This document shows, piece by piece, positions 1-10,014 of a stretch of 64,000 bases of DNA. The stretch is taken from assembly GCA_900766165.1 (NCBI GenBank), contig CAAFUK010000055.1, positions 875 through 64,874 on the forward strand, read 5' to 3'. The position numbers were made by a program, and so were the translations under genes. Origin of the DNA: an uncultured Collinsella sp. (GTDB lineage: Bacteria > Actinomycetota > Coriobacteriia > Coriobacteriales > Coriobacteriaceae). The stretch's first letter is position 1, and each line of letters starts with the position of its first letter. The notes beneath the pieces are model-generated. The model did no database searches. It had not been told where the DNA came from and was given only the letters and a program-made list of their open reading frames with translations.

Positions 1-366
1 GAGTCGATGATCGTGAACTCGGCGGCCGATACGAAGCGCATGATCGAGGCAGTTGATCATCCGGCACTTAAGGCGTGTCTGGATTTGGGCGCTATGGCGG
101 TGGCAGGGGATACCATCGACGATTATTTCGACCTGCTTGGCGATGATGTCGCTCACGTGCATTTTGTCGATGTTGCGGCAGATGGCACGACGCATCTTGC
201 CTGGGGTGACGGCGACCGCGATATGCGCGCCGACCTGGATAGGCTGGTGACGCGCGGCTATCGCGGAGTTGTTTCGGCCGAGACCTATGACTGGCGCTAT
301 TTTGCCGACCCCGCAGCTGCCGATGCGCAGGTAATGGCAGAGTATCGTCGTGCGATTGGCGCCTAG
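1..366 (+). CDS. Sugar phosphate isomerase/epimerase family TIM-barrel protein (AP endonuclease 2/xylose isomerase-like), 5' truncated by window edge
   Basis: Frame open from base 1; family motifs CLDLGAM, HVHFVD, HLAWGDG, GYRGVVSAE. Confidence 0.75.
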   Translation, partial: ESMIVNSAADTKRMIEAVDHPALKACLDLGAMAVAGDTIDDYFDLLGDDVAHVHFVDVAADGTTHLAWGDGDRDMRADLDRLVTRGYRGVVSAETYDWRYFADPAAADAQVMAEYRRAIGA

Positions 367-446
367 GCGGGGTTGGGTTGCGGCAATCTGCCCTATGTTT
401 CCAAATGAATACGGCGTGAGCGGCTGCGACGGATTTTCCCCGCAAG

Positions 447-466
447 CACTCTAGTATGCTAAAGTA
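447..466. promoter_or_regulatory. Putative HisR (YerC/TrpR-like) operator overlapping a -10-like TATGCT upstream of the his operon
   Basis: Imperfect palindrome ACTCTAG-TATG-CTAAAGT resembles the HisR box CACTTTAG-N4-CTAAAGTG; about 70 bp upstream of the first his gene. Confidence 0.65.
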
Positions 467-468
467 CC

Positions 469-500
469 CAGAAGACCGGCGGAGCTATGCCGGTCTTCTG
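469..500 (+). promoter_or_regulatory. 12-bp perfect stem-loop in the his leader
   Basis: CAGAAGACCGGC-GGAGCTAT-GCCGGTCTTCTG followed by TTCTATAT. Confidence 0.55.
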
Positions 501-535
501 TTCTATATGAAACACAGCATGAGGAGGCTCACCAG

Positions 536-2251
536 ATGACGGCCACACCGTGGGGATTCCGGGACATATTGCCCGAGGAGGCTCAGGCGCGCGAGGAGAT
601 TGCGCTGACGGTGAAGGGCTGCTTCAGGGAGCATCATTACCTGCCGGTCGAGACGCCGCTGCTCGAGGACAAGGGTTCGCTTGAGGAGGGCGGCCGCATT
701 GCGGACACCCCGTTTAAGCTTTTTGATGACGACGGTCGCCTGCTGGTGGTCCGTCCCGACAACACGCTGCCGATCGTTCGCCTGGTTTCGACTCGCATGC
801 GTGCGGCCGATCTGCCGCTGCGCCTGCGCTATGAGGCGCCGGTGGTTCGTGAGTGCCAGCGCAATGCCGGTGGCTCGCGTCAGTTTACGCAGCTGGGCTT
901 TGAGCTTATCGGTGCGGGTGATGCCGCGGGCGATGTCGAGGTTGTCTCACTGGTCGCCGAGGCCGTGCGCAAGCTGGCACTTCCCGGTGCGCGCATTATC
1001 GCGGGCAGCGTGCGTCCGTTTAAGGAACTGCTCGCGGCCTGTGAGGATCGCGAACTGGCTGCCGAGGCATTGCGTTGTGTGCACGCCAACGACTTCGTGT
1101 GCCTCGATGCCCGCGTGGCGGCAAGTGCCGAGCCCGAGGCCGTCAAGGCCGCCATTAGCGAGCTGCCGCGCCTGCACGGTGGTGCCGAGGTGCTCGACCG
1201 CGTCGACGCGCTGCTGGCGGCGGCGGGCATTGTCGCGCCGCTCACGCGCGAGCTGCGTGCACTGGTCGAGGGCCTGGCTCCCGAGGACGCCCAGGTGCTG
1301 TCCTTCGACTTCTCCATCATGAACTCGTTTGATTACTACACGGGCCTGGTCTTTAAAGCCTATGCCGGTGGCCTGCCCGATCCGGTGGGTTCGGGCGGAC
1401 GCTACGACTCCATCTTTACCGGCGCATTTGGCGACGGCATCGAGGTGCCGGCGGCGGGTTTTGCCTTTTCGCTTGAGCGCCTGGAGGCTGCGCGCACCTC
1501 GGTCGAGGACGCTGCATCCGATGGTGACCATGCCGTGGGCCGCGGCGCCGAGGGTCCGCTGCGCATCGCCGTGCCCAAGGGCTCGCTCAAGGCCGACACG
1601 CTCGACGTGCTCGAGGCCGCGGGCTTGGACGTCTCTGAGCTGCGCGACCCCGGCCGTCACCTCATCGTACGCGGCCGCGACACGCGTGCCGGTGAGGGCG
1701 CGGTCGGCGATATCGAGTTTGTTATCGTGCGCCCCAGCGACGCGCCCGCCTTTGTGGGCTGCGGCGGTGCCGACTGTGGCATCTGCGGATGGGACTCGCT
1801 TATCGAGGCCGACCTCAACCTGCTGCAGCTCGTCGATCTGGGCTATGGCCTGTGCACCTTTATCGAGGCGGAGCCCGCGTGGCGTGCCGGTCAGGCCGAG
1901 CGCAACTATGCCCGCCGCGGTTCCCTGCGTGTGGCCACCAAGTATCCGCGCATCGCGAGCGCCTGGTATGCCGAGCGCGGCGTGAATGCCGATATCGTTT
2001 CGCTGCACGGCAACATTGAGCTGGGCCCCATCGTCGGCATGACCGACCGCATCGTGGACATTACCGCCACGGGCGCCACCCTGCGCGACAACGACCTGGT
2101 CGTTACCGGTCGCATTATGGACTGCACGGCGCGCTTCTTTGTCAACCCGGGCGCGGCGCGCTTGGATCCACGCGTGCGCAATCTGGCAGATCGCCTGGCC
2201 GCCGCCGTGAAAGACAGGCATTTTGAGCCCGTCGCGGGCTCGGCACAATAG
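536..2251 (+). CDS. hisZ-hisG: Fused ATP phosphoribosyltransferase regulatory subunit (HisZ) and short-form catalytic HisG
   Basis: N-terminal HisRS-like HisZ motifs (VRPDNT, RQFTQLGFELIG, DYYTGLVF, GGRYD, AAGFAF); C-terminal HisG motifs (LRIAVPKG, RVATKYP, LHGNIELGP, IVDITATGATLRDNDL); GGAGG RBS. Confidence 0.92.
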   Translation: MTATPWGFRDILPEEAQAREEIALTVKGCFREHHYLPVETPLLEDKGSLEEGGRIADTPFKLFDDDGRLLVVRPDNTLPIVRLVSTRMRAADLPLRLRYEAPVVRECQRNAGGSRQFTQLGFELIGAGDAAGDVEVVSLVAEAVRKLALPGARIIAGSVRPFKELLAACEDRELAAEALRCVHANDFVCLDARVAASAEPEAVKAAISELPRLHGGAEVLDRVDALLAAAGIVAPLTRELRALVEGLAPEDAQVLSFDFSIMNSFDYYTGLVFKAYAGGLPDPVGSGGRYDSIFTGAFGDGIEVPAAGFAFSLERLEAARTSVEDAASDGDHAVGRGAEGPLRIAVPKGSLKADTLDVLEAAGLDVSELRDPGRHLIVRGRDTRAGEGAVGDIEFVIVRPSDAPAFVGCGGADCGICGWDSLIEADLNLLQLVDLGYGLCTFIEAEPAWRAGQAERNYARRGSLRVATKYPRIASAWYAERGVNADIVSLHGNIELGPIVGMTDRIVDITATGATLRDNDLVVTGRIMDCTARFFVNPGAARLDPRVRNLADRLAAAVKDRHFEPVAGSAQ

Positions 2252-2356
2252 CGCGAGCGCGTACGGGCGCCCCCACGTCCGGGCCGCGGGTCGACTGACG
2301 CCGCAGCCCGGCCTCTCGTCTTGCGAATGAAACTTCAACCGATAGGGGATGCCGAT

Positions 2357-3796
2357 ATGAAGACCATCAAACTTGCTCCCGGCGAGCGCCTCGTCACTAA
2401 CCAGCTCAACCGCAAGGGCGTGCTGCCGCAAAACATCGTCGACGCCGCCCGCGATATCGTGGCCGACGTGCGCGCCAACGGCGATGCCGCGGTGCGCGAT
2501 TACTGTCAGCGTTTTGACGGCGTTGAGCTGCAGAGCTTCCGTCTGCCGCAGGAGCAGATCGATGCTGCGCTCGAAGGTCTCGATCCCGCTTTTGTCGCTG
2601 CGCTTGAGAAGGCCGCGCGTCAGATTCGCGAATTCCACCAGCGCGAGGTCGAGCAGAGCTGGTTTACCACGCGCCCGGACGGCACGATACTCGGCGTTAA
2701 GGTGACCCCGCTCGCGGCGGCTGGCATCTATGTGCCGGGCGGTCGCGCGCAGTATCCCTCCACGGTGCTCATGAATGCCATTCCCGCCAAGGTTGCCGGC
2801 GTCAAGCGCGTGGTTATGGTGACCCCGCCGCAAAAAGACGGCCTGATCAGCCCCCACACGCTTGCCGCGGCAAAGCTCGGCGGCGTGGACGAAATCTATA
2901 TGGTGGGCGGCGCCCAGGCCGTGGCCGCGCTGGCGTACGGTACCGAGACCATTCCGCGTGTCGACAAGATTACCGGCCCGGGCAACGCTTTTGTTGCCGC
3001 TGCCAAGCAGATTGTCTCGGGCGATGTGGGAATCGATATGGTTGCCGGTCCCTCCGAGGTCTGCGTGCTGGCCGATGCCACGGCCAAGCCCATGGTGGTC
3101 GCGGCAGACCTGATGGCCCAGGCCGAGCACGATCCGCTGGCAGCATGCTATCTGGTGACTTGCGACGAGCAGTTTGCGCGCGAGGTCGAGGCCGGCATCG
3201 ACATTCTGGTGGCGCAGTCGCCGCGTGCCGAGATCACGCGCGCCTCGCTCGACAACGAAGGCACCATCGTGGTGGCCGCCGATATGGCCGCTGCCGTCGA
3301 GGCGGTGAACACCGTGGCGCCCGAGCACCTGGAGCTGCACTGCAAGGATGCGATGGGCCTGCTTGGCGGCATTCGCAACGCCGGCGCCATCTTTGTGGGC
3401 GCTTGGAGCTCCGAGCCGCTTGGCGATTATGTTGCCGGCCCCAACCACACGCTGCCGACCGGCGGCACGGCCATGTTCTCCAACCCGCTTTCAGTCGAAG
3501 AGTTCGTCAAGCGCTCGAGTGTCATTTGCTATACACCCGAAGGCCTGCTCTCCGATGCTCCCGCTACGCAGTGCCTGGCCGAGGCCGAGGGCCTGTGGGC
3601 GCACGCGCTTTCCGCCGCCCTGCGTCGCCGCGTGCTGGAGCAGGGCGAGGATGCCGTGAGTGCCGAGTCGCTGGCCGCGGCCGACCTGACCAAGGTCGCC
3701 TGGCCGGGCGACGCCGTGGCGACGGTTGCTGAGGGCGTGGACCTGGCGGCGGCTGCGGGCGCGGATGGCGTTGGCGCGACCGGCGAGGAGGCCTAA
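2357..3796 (+). CDS. hisD: Histidinol dehydrogenase
   Basis: [60 protein letters not shown] at 2357 after GGGG. Confidence 0.96.
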   Translation: MKTIKLAPGERLVTNQLNRKGVLPQNIVDAARDIVADVRANGDAAVRDYCQRFDGVELQSFRLPQEQIDAALEGLDPAFVAALEKAARQIREFHQREVEQSWFTTRPDGTILGVKVTPLAAAGIYVPGGRAQYPSTVLMNAIPAKVAGVKRVVMVTPPQKDGLISPHTLAAAKLGGVDEIYMVGGAQAVAALAYGTETIPRVDKITGPGNAFVAAAKQIVSGDVGIDMVAGPSEVCVLADATAKPMVVAADLMAQAEHDPLAACYLVTCDEQFAREVEAGIDILVAQSPRAEITRASLDNEGTIVVAADMAAAVEAVNTVAPEHLELHCKDAMGLLGGIRNAGAIFVGAWSSEPLGDYVAGPNHTLPTGGTAMFSNPLSVEEFVKRSSVICYTPEGLLSDAPATQCLAEAEGLWAHALSAALRRRVLEQGEDAVSAESLAAADLTKVAWPGDAVATVAEGVDLAAAAGADGVGATGEEA

Positions 3797-3797
3797 C

Positions 3798-4913
3798 ATG
3801 GCCGAACTCACGCCGCGCATGAAGGAGCTCGTCCAGCCCTACCTGGCCGGCATTGAGCCCTATGATCCCAACTTTACGCCCACGCGCATCAACCTTTCGG
3901 CCAACGAGAACACCTATCCCGTGCCGGCCGGCGTGCGCGAGGCGATTGATGCAGCCCTGGCTGCCACGCCGCTCAACCGTTATCCCGACCCCATGTCCAA
4001 CGACCTGCGCGACGAGCTTGCTGCCTGGCATGGCGTGACGCGCGAGAACATCTGCGTGGGAAACGGCGGCGACGAGCTGCTCTATAACTATCTGCTGGCG
4101 TTTGGCGGCGCGGGACGGACCCTGCTCAACTGCCCGCCGTGCTTTAGCGAGTATGCCTTCTTTGCGTCTCTGTGCCAGACCGAGGTGCGTGACGTGTGGC
4201 GCGACCCCGCGAGCTTTGAGCTCGACCAGGCGGCCGTGCTTGCGGCGGCGCCCGAGTGCAGCCTGGCAATTGTGACCTCGCCCAACAATCCCACGGGCGA
4301 CGTGGCGCCGCTCGACTTTGTCGCGGCCCTGTGCGATGCGTGTCCCGGCATGGTCATGGTCGACGAGGCCTACGTTGAGTTTGCCGACGATTCGTTTGGC
4401 GCGGCCACCACGGCGCAAGGCCTTATCGCCGAGCATTCCAACCTGGTGATTCTGCACACGCTGTCCAAGGCGTTTGGCGCTGCCGGCGCGCGCCTGGGCT
4501 ATGTGATCGCAGCGCCCGAGGTTATTGACGTGTTCGCGGCGATTCGCCAGATCTATTCGGTCAACGTGCTGAGCCAGGCCGCCGCGCTTGCCTGCGTGCG
4601 TGCCCGCGATGCGTACGCACCCGTGGTGGCACAGGTCGCATCCGAGCGCGAGCGCGAGCTGTGCGCCCTGCGCGCGATGGCTGCCGAGGGCCTGCCCGTG
4701 GAGGCGTGGCCGAGCGCAGCGAACTTTGTGCTCGTGCGCACGCCGCATGCCACGCGCGTGCGCGAGCGTCTGCGTGATGAGTATTCGATTTTGGTGCGCG
4801 ATTTTAGCTATGCGCCGGGGCTCGCGGACTGTCTGCGCATTACCGTGGGTACGCCGCGGGAAAACGACGAGGTGCTGGCTGCGTTTGCCGCGCTGGTGAA
4901 GGAGGAGATGTAG
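3798..4913 (+). CDS. hisC: Histidinol-phosphate aminotransferase
   Basis: LSANEN, NRYPD, GNGGDE, SPNNPTG, VDEAY, TLSKAFG..G.RLGY; ATG after GGAGG. Confidence 0.95.
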   Translation: MAELTPRMKELVQPYLAGIEPYDPNFTPTRINLSANENTYPVPAGVREAIDAALAATPLNRYPDPMSNDLRDELAAWHGVTRENICVGNGGDELLYNYLLAFGGAGRTLLNCPPCFSEYAFFASLCQTEVRDVWRDPASFELDQAAVLAAAPECSLAIVTSPNNPTGDVAPLDFVAALCDACPGMVMVDEAYVEFADDSFGAATTAQGLIAEHSNLVILHTLSKAFGAAGARLGYVIAAPEVIDVFAAIRQIYSVNVLSQAAALACVRARDAYAPVVAQVASERERELCALRAMAAEGLPVEAWPSAANFVLVRTPHATRVRERLRDEYSILVRDFSYAPGLADCLRITVGTPRENDEVLAAFAALVKEEM

Positions 4914-5501
4914 ATGGGCCGTTATGCCGAGGTAACCCGTAAGACGGGGGAGACCGATATTGTCGTCAAGCTCGACTTGGATGGAGCCGGTACGTGTGAT
5001 ATCTCGACCGGCGTGCCGTTTTTCGACCACATGCTCAACGCCTTTGGCCGCCATGGCCTGTTTGATTTGACGGTGCATGCGGTAGGCGATGTGGAGGTCG
5101 ACGCGCACCACACCGTCGAGGACACGGGTATTGTGCTGGGTGAGGCGTTCTGCCAGGCGCTGGGTGACAAGGCGGGCATTACGCGCTTTGCCGATGCGGC
5201 GATCGCCATGGACGAGACGCTCGTGATGGCCGCCGTTGACATCTCGGGTCGCGGGCAGGCCTACTGCGAGCTGCCCGTGCCGACTGAGCGCGTGGGCAGT
5301 TTCGATACCGAGCTGGCCGTCGAGTTCTTCTATGCCTTCGCGCGCGACGCCAAGCTCACGCTGCACGTGCGCGAGCTGGCGGGCGGTAACTCGCATCACA
5401 TTATCGAGGCGGCCTTTAAGGCCGTGGGCCGCACGATGCGCCGCGCCTGCGAGCTGGACCCCCGCGTGCAGGGCATTCCCAGCACCAAGGGTTCGCTGTA
5501 G
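4914..5501 (+). CDS. hisB: Imidazoleglycerol-phosphate dehydratase
   Basis: RKTGETDI, FFDHML, DAHHTVED, NSHHIIEA, PSTKG. Confidence 0.97.
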   Translation: MGRYAEVTRKTGETDIVVKLDLDGAGTCDISTGVPFFDHMLNAFGRHGLFDLTVHAVGDVEVDAHHTVEDTGIVLGEAFCQALGDKAGITRFADAAIAMDETLVMAAVDISGRGQAYCELPVPTERVGSFDTELAVEFFYAFARDAKLTLHVRELAGGNSHHIIEAAFKAVGRTMRRACELDPRVQGIPSTKGSL

Positions 5502-5515
5502 CTGACGGATCGCAC

Positions 5516-5554
5516 AAACTACCACAAAGGTGCCTGTCCCCTTTGTGGTGGTTT
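5516..5554. repeat. REP-like intergenic hairpin between hisB and hisH
   Basis: AAACTACCACAAAGG-TGCCTGTCC-CCTTTGTGGTGGTTT. Confidence 0.5.
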
Positions 5555-5580
5555 TGGACGATGGGAAAAGGGAGGGTCGC

Positions 5581-6282
5581 GTGGGCGAACCGAAGATCGT
5601 GGTGGTCGACTACCACAAGGGCAACTTGTCGAGCGTCGTGCGCGGGCTTGCACGCGCCGGTGCCGCCGCCTGCACGTCGGACAATCCGGAGCAGATCCGC
5701 AACGCCGACGGCCTGGTCATTCCGGGCGTGGGTGCGTTCTATGACGCGATTGCCTTTATGCGCCAGAGCGGCGAGGAGACGGCCGTGCTCGATGCCGTCG
5801 CCGCTGGAACTCCGCTGCTCGGCATCTGCCTGGGCCTTCAGCTATTTTTTGAGCGCGGCAACGAGGGCGTGCCGGCGGACGAGGGCGCGGTCGCGGACGG
5901 AAACGCTCCCGAGCAGGCTGGCGGTCCCTGGGTCGATGGCCTGGGCATCATGCGCGGCTCGTGCACGCGCCTGGAGTCGAGCCGCCTGAAGGTGCCGCAC
6001 GTGGGCTGGGACCAGGTGCACATGACGTCCGCCGGTGCGGCTGATCCGCTGCTTGCCGGTTTTGCCGAGGGCGCCAACATGTACTTCACCCACAGCTACG
6101 CGGTGGCCGACGACGCCGATGCCGCTGATGTTTTGGCGCGCACGCACTACACGCGGAGCTTCCCGTGCATCGCGCGTCATGGCAACGTGTGGGGCTGTCA
6201 GTTCCATCCCGAGAAATCCTCCGCGCTTGGTCAGCGCATTCTTAAGAACTTCGTCAACATCGTCGAGGAGGTTGGCCGATGA
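5581..6282 (+). CDS. hisH: Imidazole glycerol phosphate synthase glutamine amidotransferase subunit
   Basis: DYHKGNL, PGVGAF, GICLGLQ, KVPHVGW, YFTHSY, QFHPEKS; GTG at 5581 after GGAGG. Confidence 0.95.
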   Translation: MGEPKIVVVDYHKGNLSSVVRGLARAGAAACTSDNPEQIRNADGLVIPGVGAFYDAIAFMRQSGEETAVLDAVAAGTPLLGICLGLQLFFERGNEGVPADEGAVADGNAPEQAGGPWVDGLGIMRGSCTRLESSRLKVPHVGWDQVHMTSAGAADPLLAGFAEGANMYFTHSYAVADDADAADVLARTHYTRSFPCIARHGNVWGCQFHPEKSSALGQRILKNFVNIVEEVGR

Positions 6283-7022
6283 TCCTGTTTCCCGCAATCG
6301 ATCTGATCGGCGGCAAGGTTGTGCGCCTGGAGCGCGGCGACCGCAGCCGCTGCAAGGTATATTCCGACGACCCCATGGCCGTTGCCCGCTCGTTTGCCGA
6401 GCAGGGCGCGAGCTGGGTGCACGTCGTCGACCTGTCCGCTGCCTTTGGCGAGGACGAGGACGCGTGCGCTGCCAACTCGGCGGCGATCAAGGCTATCTGC
6501 GGCATCGACGGCCTGTCCGTGGACGTGGGCGGCGGCGTCCGCTCGCTCTCGCGCATCGACGAGTTGGCCGGCTATGGTGCTCGCCGCATTGCGCTGGGCA
6601 CCGTGCTGGTGACTGAGCCGGGTTTTGCCGAGGTGGCAGCCCAAGGCTTTGGCGAGCTGTTGGTGGCAGACATCGCCGCACGCGACGGTCAGGTCAAGGT
6701 GAACGGCTGGCGTGACGGCGCGGGCGTGGCACTCGACGACGCCGTGGCGCAGCTCACCGAGCTGGGCTTTAAGCATCTGGTGTATACCGATATCGTGCGC
6801 GACGGCATGCAGACGGGCATCGACGTGGCAGCATATCGCCATGTGGCGCAGGTCGCGGGCTTTCCCGTCGTGGCTTCGGGCGGCATCTCGACGCTCGACG
6901 ATATCCGCGCACTGGCCGCGGTGGGCGAGGATGCCATCGAGGGCGCCATTACCGGCCGTGCGCTCTACGAGGGCAATTTTACGCTGGCCCAGGCGCTGGC
7001 CGCCGCCCGAGGGGATGAGTAG
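6279..7022 (+). CDS. hisA: ProFAR isomerase
   Basis: PAIDLIGGKVVRL, HVVDL, VGGGVRS, YTDI.RDG, ASGGI; ATGA overlap with hisH. Confidence 0.95.
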   Translation: MILFPAIDLIGGKVVRLERGDRSRCKVYSDDPMAVARSFAEQGASWVHVVDLSAAFGEDEDACAANSAAIKAICGIDGLSVDVGGGVRSLSRIDELAGYGARRIALGTVLVTEPGFAEVAAQGFGELLVADIAARDGQVKVNGWRDGAGVALDDAVAQLTELGFKHLVYTDIVRDGMQTGIDVAAYRHVAQVAGFPVVASGGISTLDDIRALAAVGEDAIEGAITGRALYEGNFTLAQALAAARGDE

Positions 7023-7025
7023 CCC

Positions 7026-7808
7026 ATGCTTACCAAACGCGTGATTCCCTGCTTGGACGTCAAGGGCGGCCGCGTGGTCAAGGGCGTCAACTTTGTGAGC
7101 CTGCGCGATGCGGGCGACCCGGTGGAGCTGGCCCGCGCCTACGACCGCGAGGGTGCGGACGAGGTCGTATTTTTGGACATTACCGCGACGAGCGACAACC
7201 GCGCGACGACCATCGAGATGGCGGCGCACGCGGCCGAAGAGCTTGCTATTCCCTATACCGTGGGCGGCGGCTTTCGCGACTTGGCGGGCATGCGGACCAT
7301 GGTTGCTGCCGGTGCCGACAAGGTGTCGCTCAACTCGGCGGCCGTGCGCGACCCGTCGCTGATTAGCCAGGCTGCCGCGGCGTTTGGCAGCCAGGCCGTG
7401 GTTGTGGCGATCGATGCCAAGCGTGTCGGTTTGCCCGGCGCATCCGGTGCTGACAAGTGGGAGGTCTTTACCGCAGGGGGTCGCAACGCTACGGGTATCG
7501 ACGCGGTGGCGTGGGCCGAGGAGGCGGCTCGTCGCGGCGCCGGCGAAATCCTACTGACCAGCATGGATCGCGACGGCACCAAGGCCGGCTTTGATTTGGC
7601 GCTCACCCGCGCCGTGGCGCGCGCGGTGCCGATTCCCGTCATCGCGAGCGGCGGCGTGGGCACACTCGAGCATTTTGCCGAGGGCGTGATCGAGGGCGAG
7701 GCCGATGCCGTGCTGGCGGCCAGCGTCTTTCACTTTGGAACCTTCAGCATTCGCGAAGTCAAAGAGTATATGGCCTCACAGGGCATCCCTGTGAGATTGG
7801 ACTTCTAA
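7026..7808 (+). CDS. hisF: Imidazole glycerol phosphate synthase cyclase subunit
   Basis: [45 protein letters not shown]. Confidence 0.97.
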   Translation: MLTKRVIPCLDVKGGRVVKGVNFVSLRDAGDPVELARAYDREGADEVVFLDITATSDNRATTIEMAAHAAEELAIPYTVGGGFRDLAGMRTMVAAGADKVSLNSAAVRDPSLISQAAAAFGSQAVVVAIDAKRVGLPGASGADKWEVFTAGGRNATGIDAVAWAEEAARRGAGEILLTSMDRDGTKAGFDLALTRAVARAVPIPVIASGGVGTLEHFAEGVIEGEADAVLAASVFHFGTFSIREVKEYMASQGIPVRLDF

Positions 7809-7817
7809 TGCTGCGGC

Positions 7818-7911
7818 TTGTCCAGGTACCGCATCTTGCCGCTTAAACCGTCACTCGCGTACCAAAGTACGCGTCGCTCTTCTTTCGCGGCAACCTGCGG
7901 CACCTGGACAA
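7818..7911. repeat. Intergenic nested palindromic element between hisF and hisI
   Basis: 25-bp outer inverted repeat (22/25) TTGTCCAGGTACCGCATCTTGCCGC / GCGGCAACCTGCGGCACCTGGACAA around central CGCGTAC-CAAA-GTACGCG. Confidence 0.6.
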
Positions 7912-7949
7912 CCCTCGCCGACCGGCGATGTTTAAATTGGGGAATTGAA

Positions 7950-8279
7950 ATGAGAGAAATTACTACTCCAGCGGATCTTAAATACGACGCCAAGGGGCTG
8001 ATTCCCTGTGTGGTTCAGCAGTATGACACTGGCGAGGTGCTTATGGTTGCCTGGATGAACGAGGAGTCGGTGGGGCTGACGCTCAAGACCGGGACCACGT
8101 GGTTTTGGAGCCGCAGCCGTCAGGAGCTCTGGAACAAGGGCGCGACGAGCGGCAACATGCAGGAGGTCAAGGAGCTCTGGGCCGACTGCGATAGCGATAC
8201 GCTGCTGGTCAAGGTCGACTCGCCGGGTCCGGCCTGCCATACCGGCAACCGTACCTGCTTCTTTAAGAAACTCGCGTAG
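7950..8279 (+). CDS. hisI: Phosphoribosyl-AMP cyclohydrolase
   Basis: [44 protein letters not shown]. Confidence 0.95.
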   Translation: MREITTPADLKYDAKGLIPCVVQQYDTGEVLMVAWMNEESVGLTLKTGTTWFWSRSRQELWNKGATSGNMQEVKELWADCDSDTLLVKVDSPGPACHTGNRTCFFKKLA

Positions 8280-8325
8280 GGCGGGCGCTCGGCTAAGCGC
8301 TTGGCCAACCAGAAAGGATTGAACC

Positions 8326-8643
8326 ATGGGTGTGCGCACTGCGAATGTTCGGGATGGAAATATCGGAGAGACGCTGACGGGGCTGGCCGAGGTGATTCAC
8401 GGTCGTCGCGACGCGTCGCCACAGGAGAGCTATACCGCTCGCCTGCTGACCGACGTTGAGGACGAGCTGCTCAAGAAGCTTGCCGAGGAGGCGAGCGAGG
8501 TGATCATGGCCTGCAAGGATAACGATCACGACCACATCCGCTACGAGGCCGGCGACCTGGTCTACCACCTGCTCGTGACGCTCGAGCGCTACGGCATCAC
8601 CCTCGACGAGCTGGCCGGCGAACTCAACGCCCGCCGCCACTAG
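8326..8643 (+). CDS. hisE: Phosphoribosyl-ATP pyrophosphatase
   Basis: SYTARLL, KKLAEEASE, EAGDLVYHLLV. Confidence 0.95.
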   Translation: MGVRTANVRDGNIGETLTGLAEVIHGRRDASPQESYTARLLTDVEDELLKKLAEEASEVIMACKDNDHDHIRYEAGDLVYHLLVTLERYGITLDELAGELNARRH

Positions 8644-8682
8644 TCGTTTGGGACAGTCTTTGTTGGTGTAACGGGGTCATGG

Positions 8683-8751
8683 AAGTTGCGGTGAAATAGG
8701 GACTGTTTAAGCGCTTCATCAGGCAAAACAATCCCTATTCCACCGCAACTT
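8683..8751. repeat. Dispersed hairpin element family A, copy 1, between convergent hisE and hisK
   Basis: AAGTTGCGGTGAAATAGGGACTGTTT ... AAACAATCCCTATTCCACCGCAACTT (24/26 IR); same outer arms at 15443-15507. Confidence 0.7.
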
Positions 8752-8763
8752 ATGAAGGGATGG

Positions 8764-9675
8764 CTAGTCGAGGGGTGTGGGTTCCCATTCGCCGGTGGGG
8801 TGGGGGATATCGAAGGTTCGATAACCGCAGTCGTAGGCGTGGGCCTGGGCCTCGCGGATGTTCCAGCAGATATCGCAGGCGCGGTGCGCGTCCGAGCCAA
8901 AGGTGATCGGCACTTCGGCATGGGCAAAGCAGCGCAAAAGACCGGTTGCGGGGTAGTAGTCGCCCAAGCCCTTGCGCGGTGCGGCCGTCGAGACCTCAAC
9001 GCGGCGGCCCGTATCGTGCGCGCACTCTGCCATCTGCTGCCAAAACGGTGCGGGGTCAAAATCGGGCGCAAAGCCTTCCTTCGAAAAGCGCATGACCAGG
9101 TCGGGGTGAGCCATCACATCAAAGTTGAGCGGGCTCTCGCAGGCGCGGCACCAGTCATCGACATAGCGCTCCCACACGCCGCGTACCCCCAGGTTTTCCC
9201 AAACGTGCAGGTTGGTGTCATCGTCGATCCAGCCGCAGCGCGAATCGGGCGTATCGGGACGAGCGACGTCCTCCGTTCCCGCCGTACCCGCGGCACCGGC
9301 CATGATATCGCCTGGGTTGCCAATCCAGTGCACACTGCCCAGGCGCACGACGGCGCCCTGGGACCAGCGCTCAACCAAAGGCTCGCAGCCCTCGTACCAA
9401 TCGCATTCGAAACCGTAGATAAAGGTGAGTTCTGGCGCAATCTGAGCGGCAAGATTGCGAGCGTCCTCAAAAGCCAGACGATGTGCCGGCAGGTCGCCCT
9501 CGACGACCTGCACCTCGCAGTTGGCATCCATGCTGGCAGGTAGGGTGAGATGGTCGGTCGAGACCATGGCGCGGCAGCCGGCGGCGACAGCGGCGCGGAC
9601 GTTGTCCTCAAATGAGGCATGGCCGTCCGAAAACGAGGTGTGGGTATGGCAATCGACCAGCGGGCACATAGGCAT
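8764..9675 (-). CDS. hisK: PHP-family histidinol-phosphate phosphatase (HisK/HisJ-like)
   Basis: DCHTHT.FSDG, TDH, GFECD, GSVH, AHPD, FGSDAH; adjacent to his cluster and supplies the one missing step. Confidence 0.8.
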   Translation of the reverse strand: MPMCPLVDCHTHTSFSDGHASFEDNVRAAVAAGCRAMVSTDHLTLPASMDANCEVQVVEGDLPAHRLAFEDARNLAAQIAPELTFIYGFECDWYEGCEPLVERWSQGAVVRLGSVHWIGNPGDIMAGAAGTAGTEDVARPDTPDSRCGWIDDDTNLHVWENLGVRGVWERYVDDWCRACESPLNFDVMAHPDLVMRFSKEGFAPDFDPAPFWQQMAECAHDTGRRVEVSTAAPRKGLGDYYPATGLLRCFAHAEVPITFGSDAHRACDICWNIREAQAHAYDCGYRTFDIPHPTGEWEPTPLD

Positions 9676-9804
9676 AGCGGCTCCTTTGCATTTGGCGAAT
9701 CCGCTCCATTGTAATGGCGCAGCCTCGGCGCGTCGTACGCGCGGGGTGCCGAAATCGATTGGAAAGGGTGCGCGGCGCGTGGTGCGGCCTCGCTTGCGCT
9801 TTCA

Positions 9805-9869
9805 AAACATGTACATTAGCCTCCAAAAGCTGCAAAAAATGACATGTTTGGAGGCTGACGTACACGTTT
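9805..9869. repeat. Imperfect inverted repeat in divergent intergenic region
   Basis: AAACATGTACATTAGCCTCCAAA ... TTTGGAGGCTGACGTACACGTTT. Confidence 0.5.
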
Positions 9870-10014
9870 GAGTGGAGCGGGCCGGCGTTGGAGCGCGCCA
9901 GCACTTGCGCCCAGCAAAAGTCGCACCTATCCCATGACGCCGCCCCTGCGCCGCCCGCGATGTGCTAGCGTTTGGATGAACAAAACGAGCCCGTGCGGAA
10001 AGGAGCCGGACCGT

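Noticed and set aside
947..5525. Long minus-strand ORFs (833 aa and 653 aa)
   Set aside because: Antisense shadows of well-supported his genes, expected in high-GC DNA
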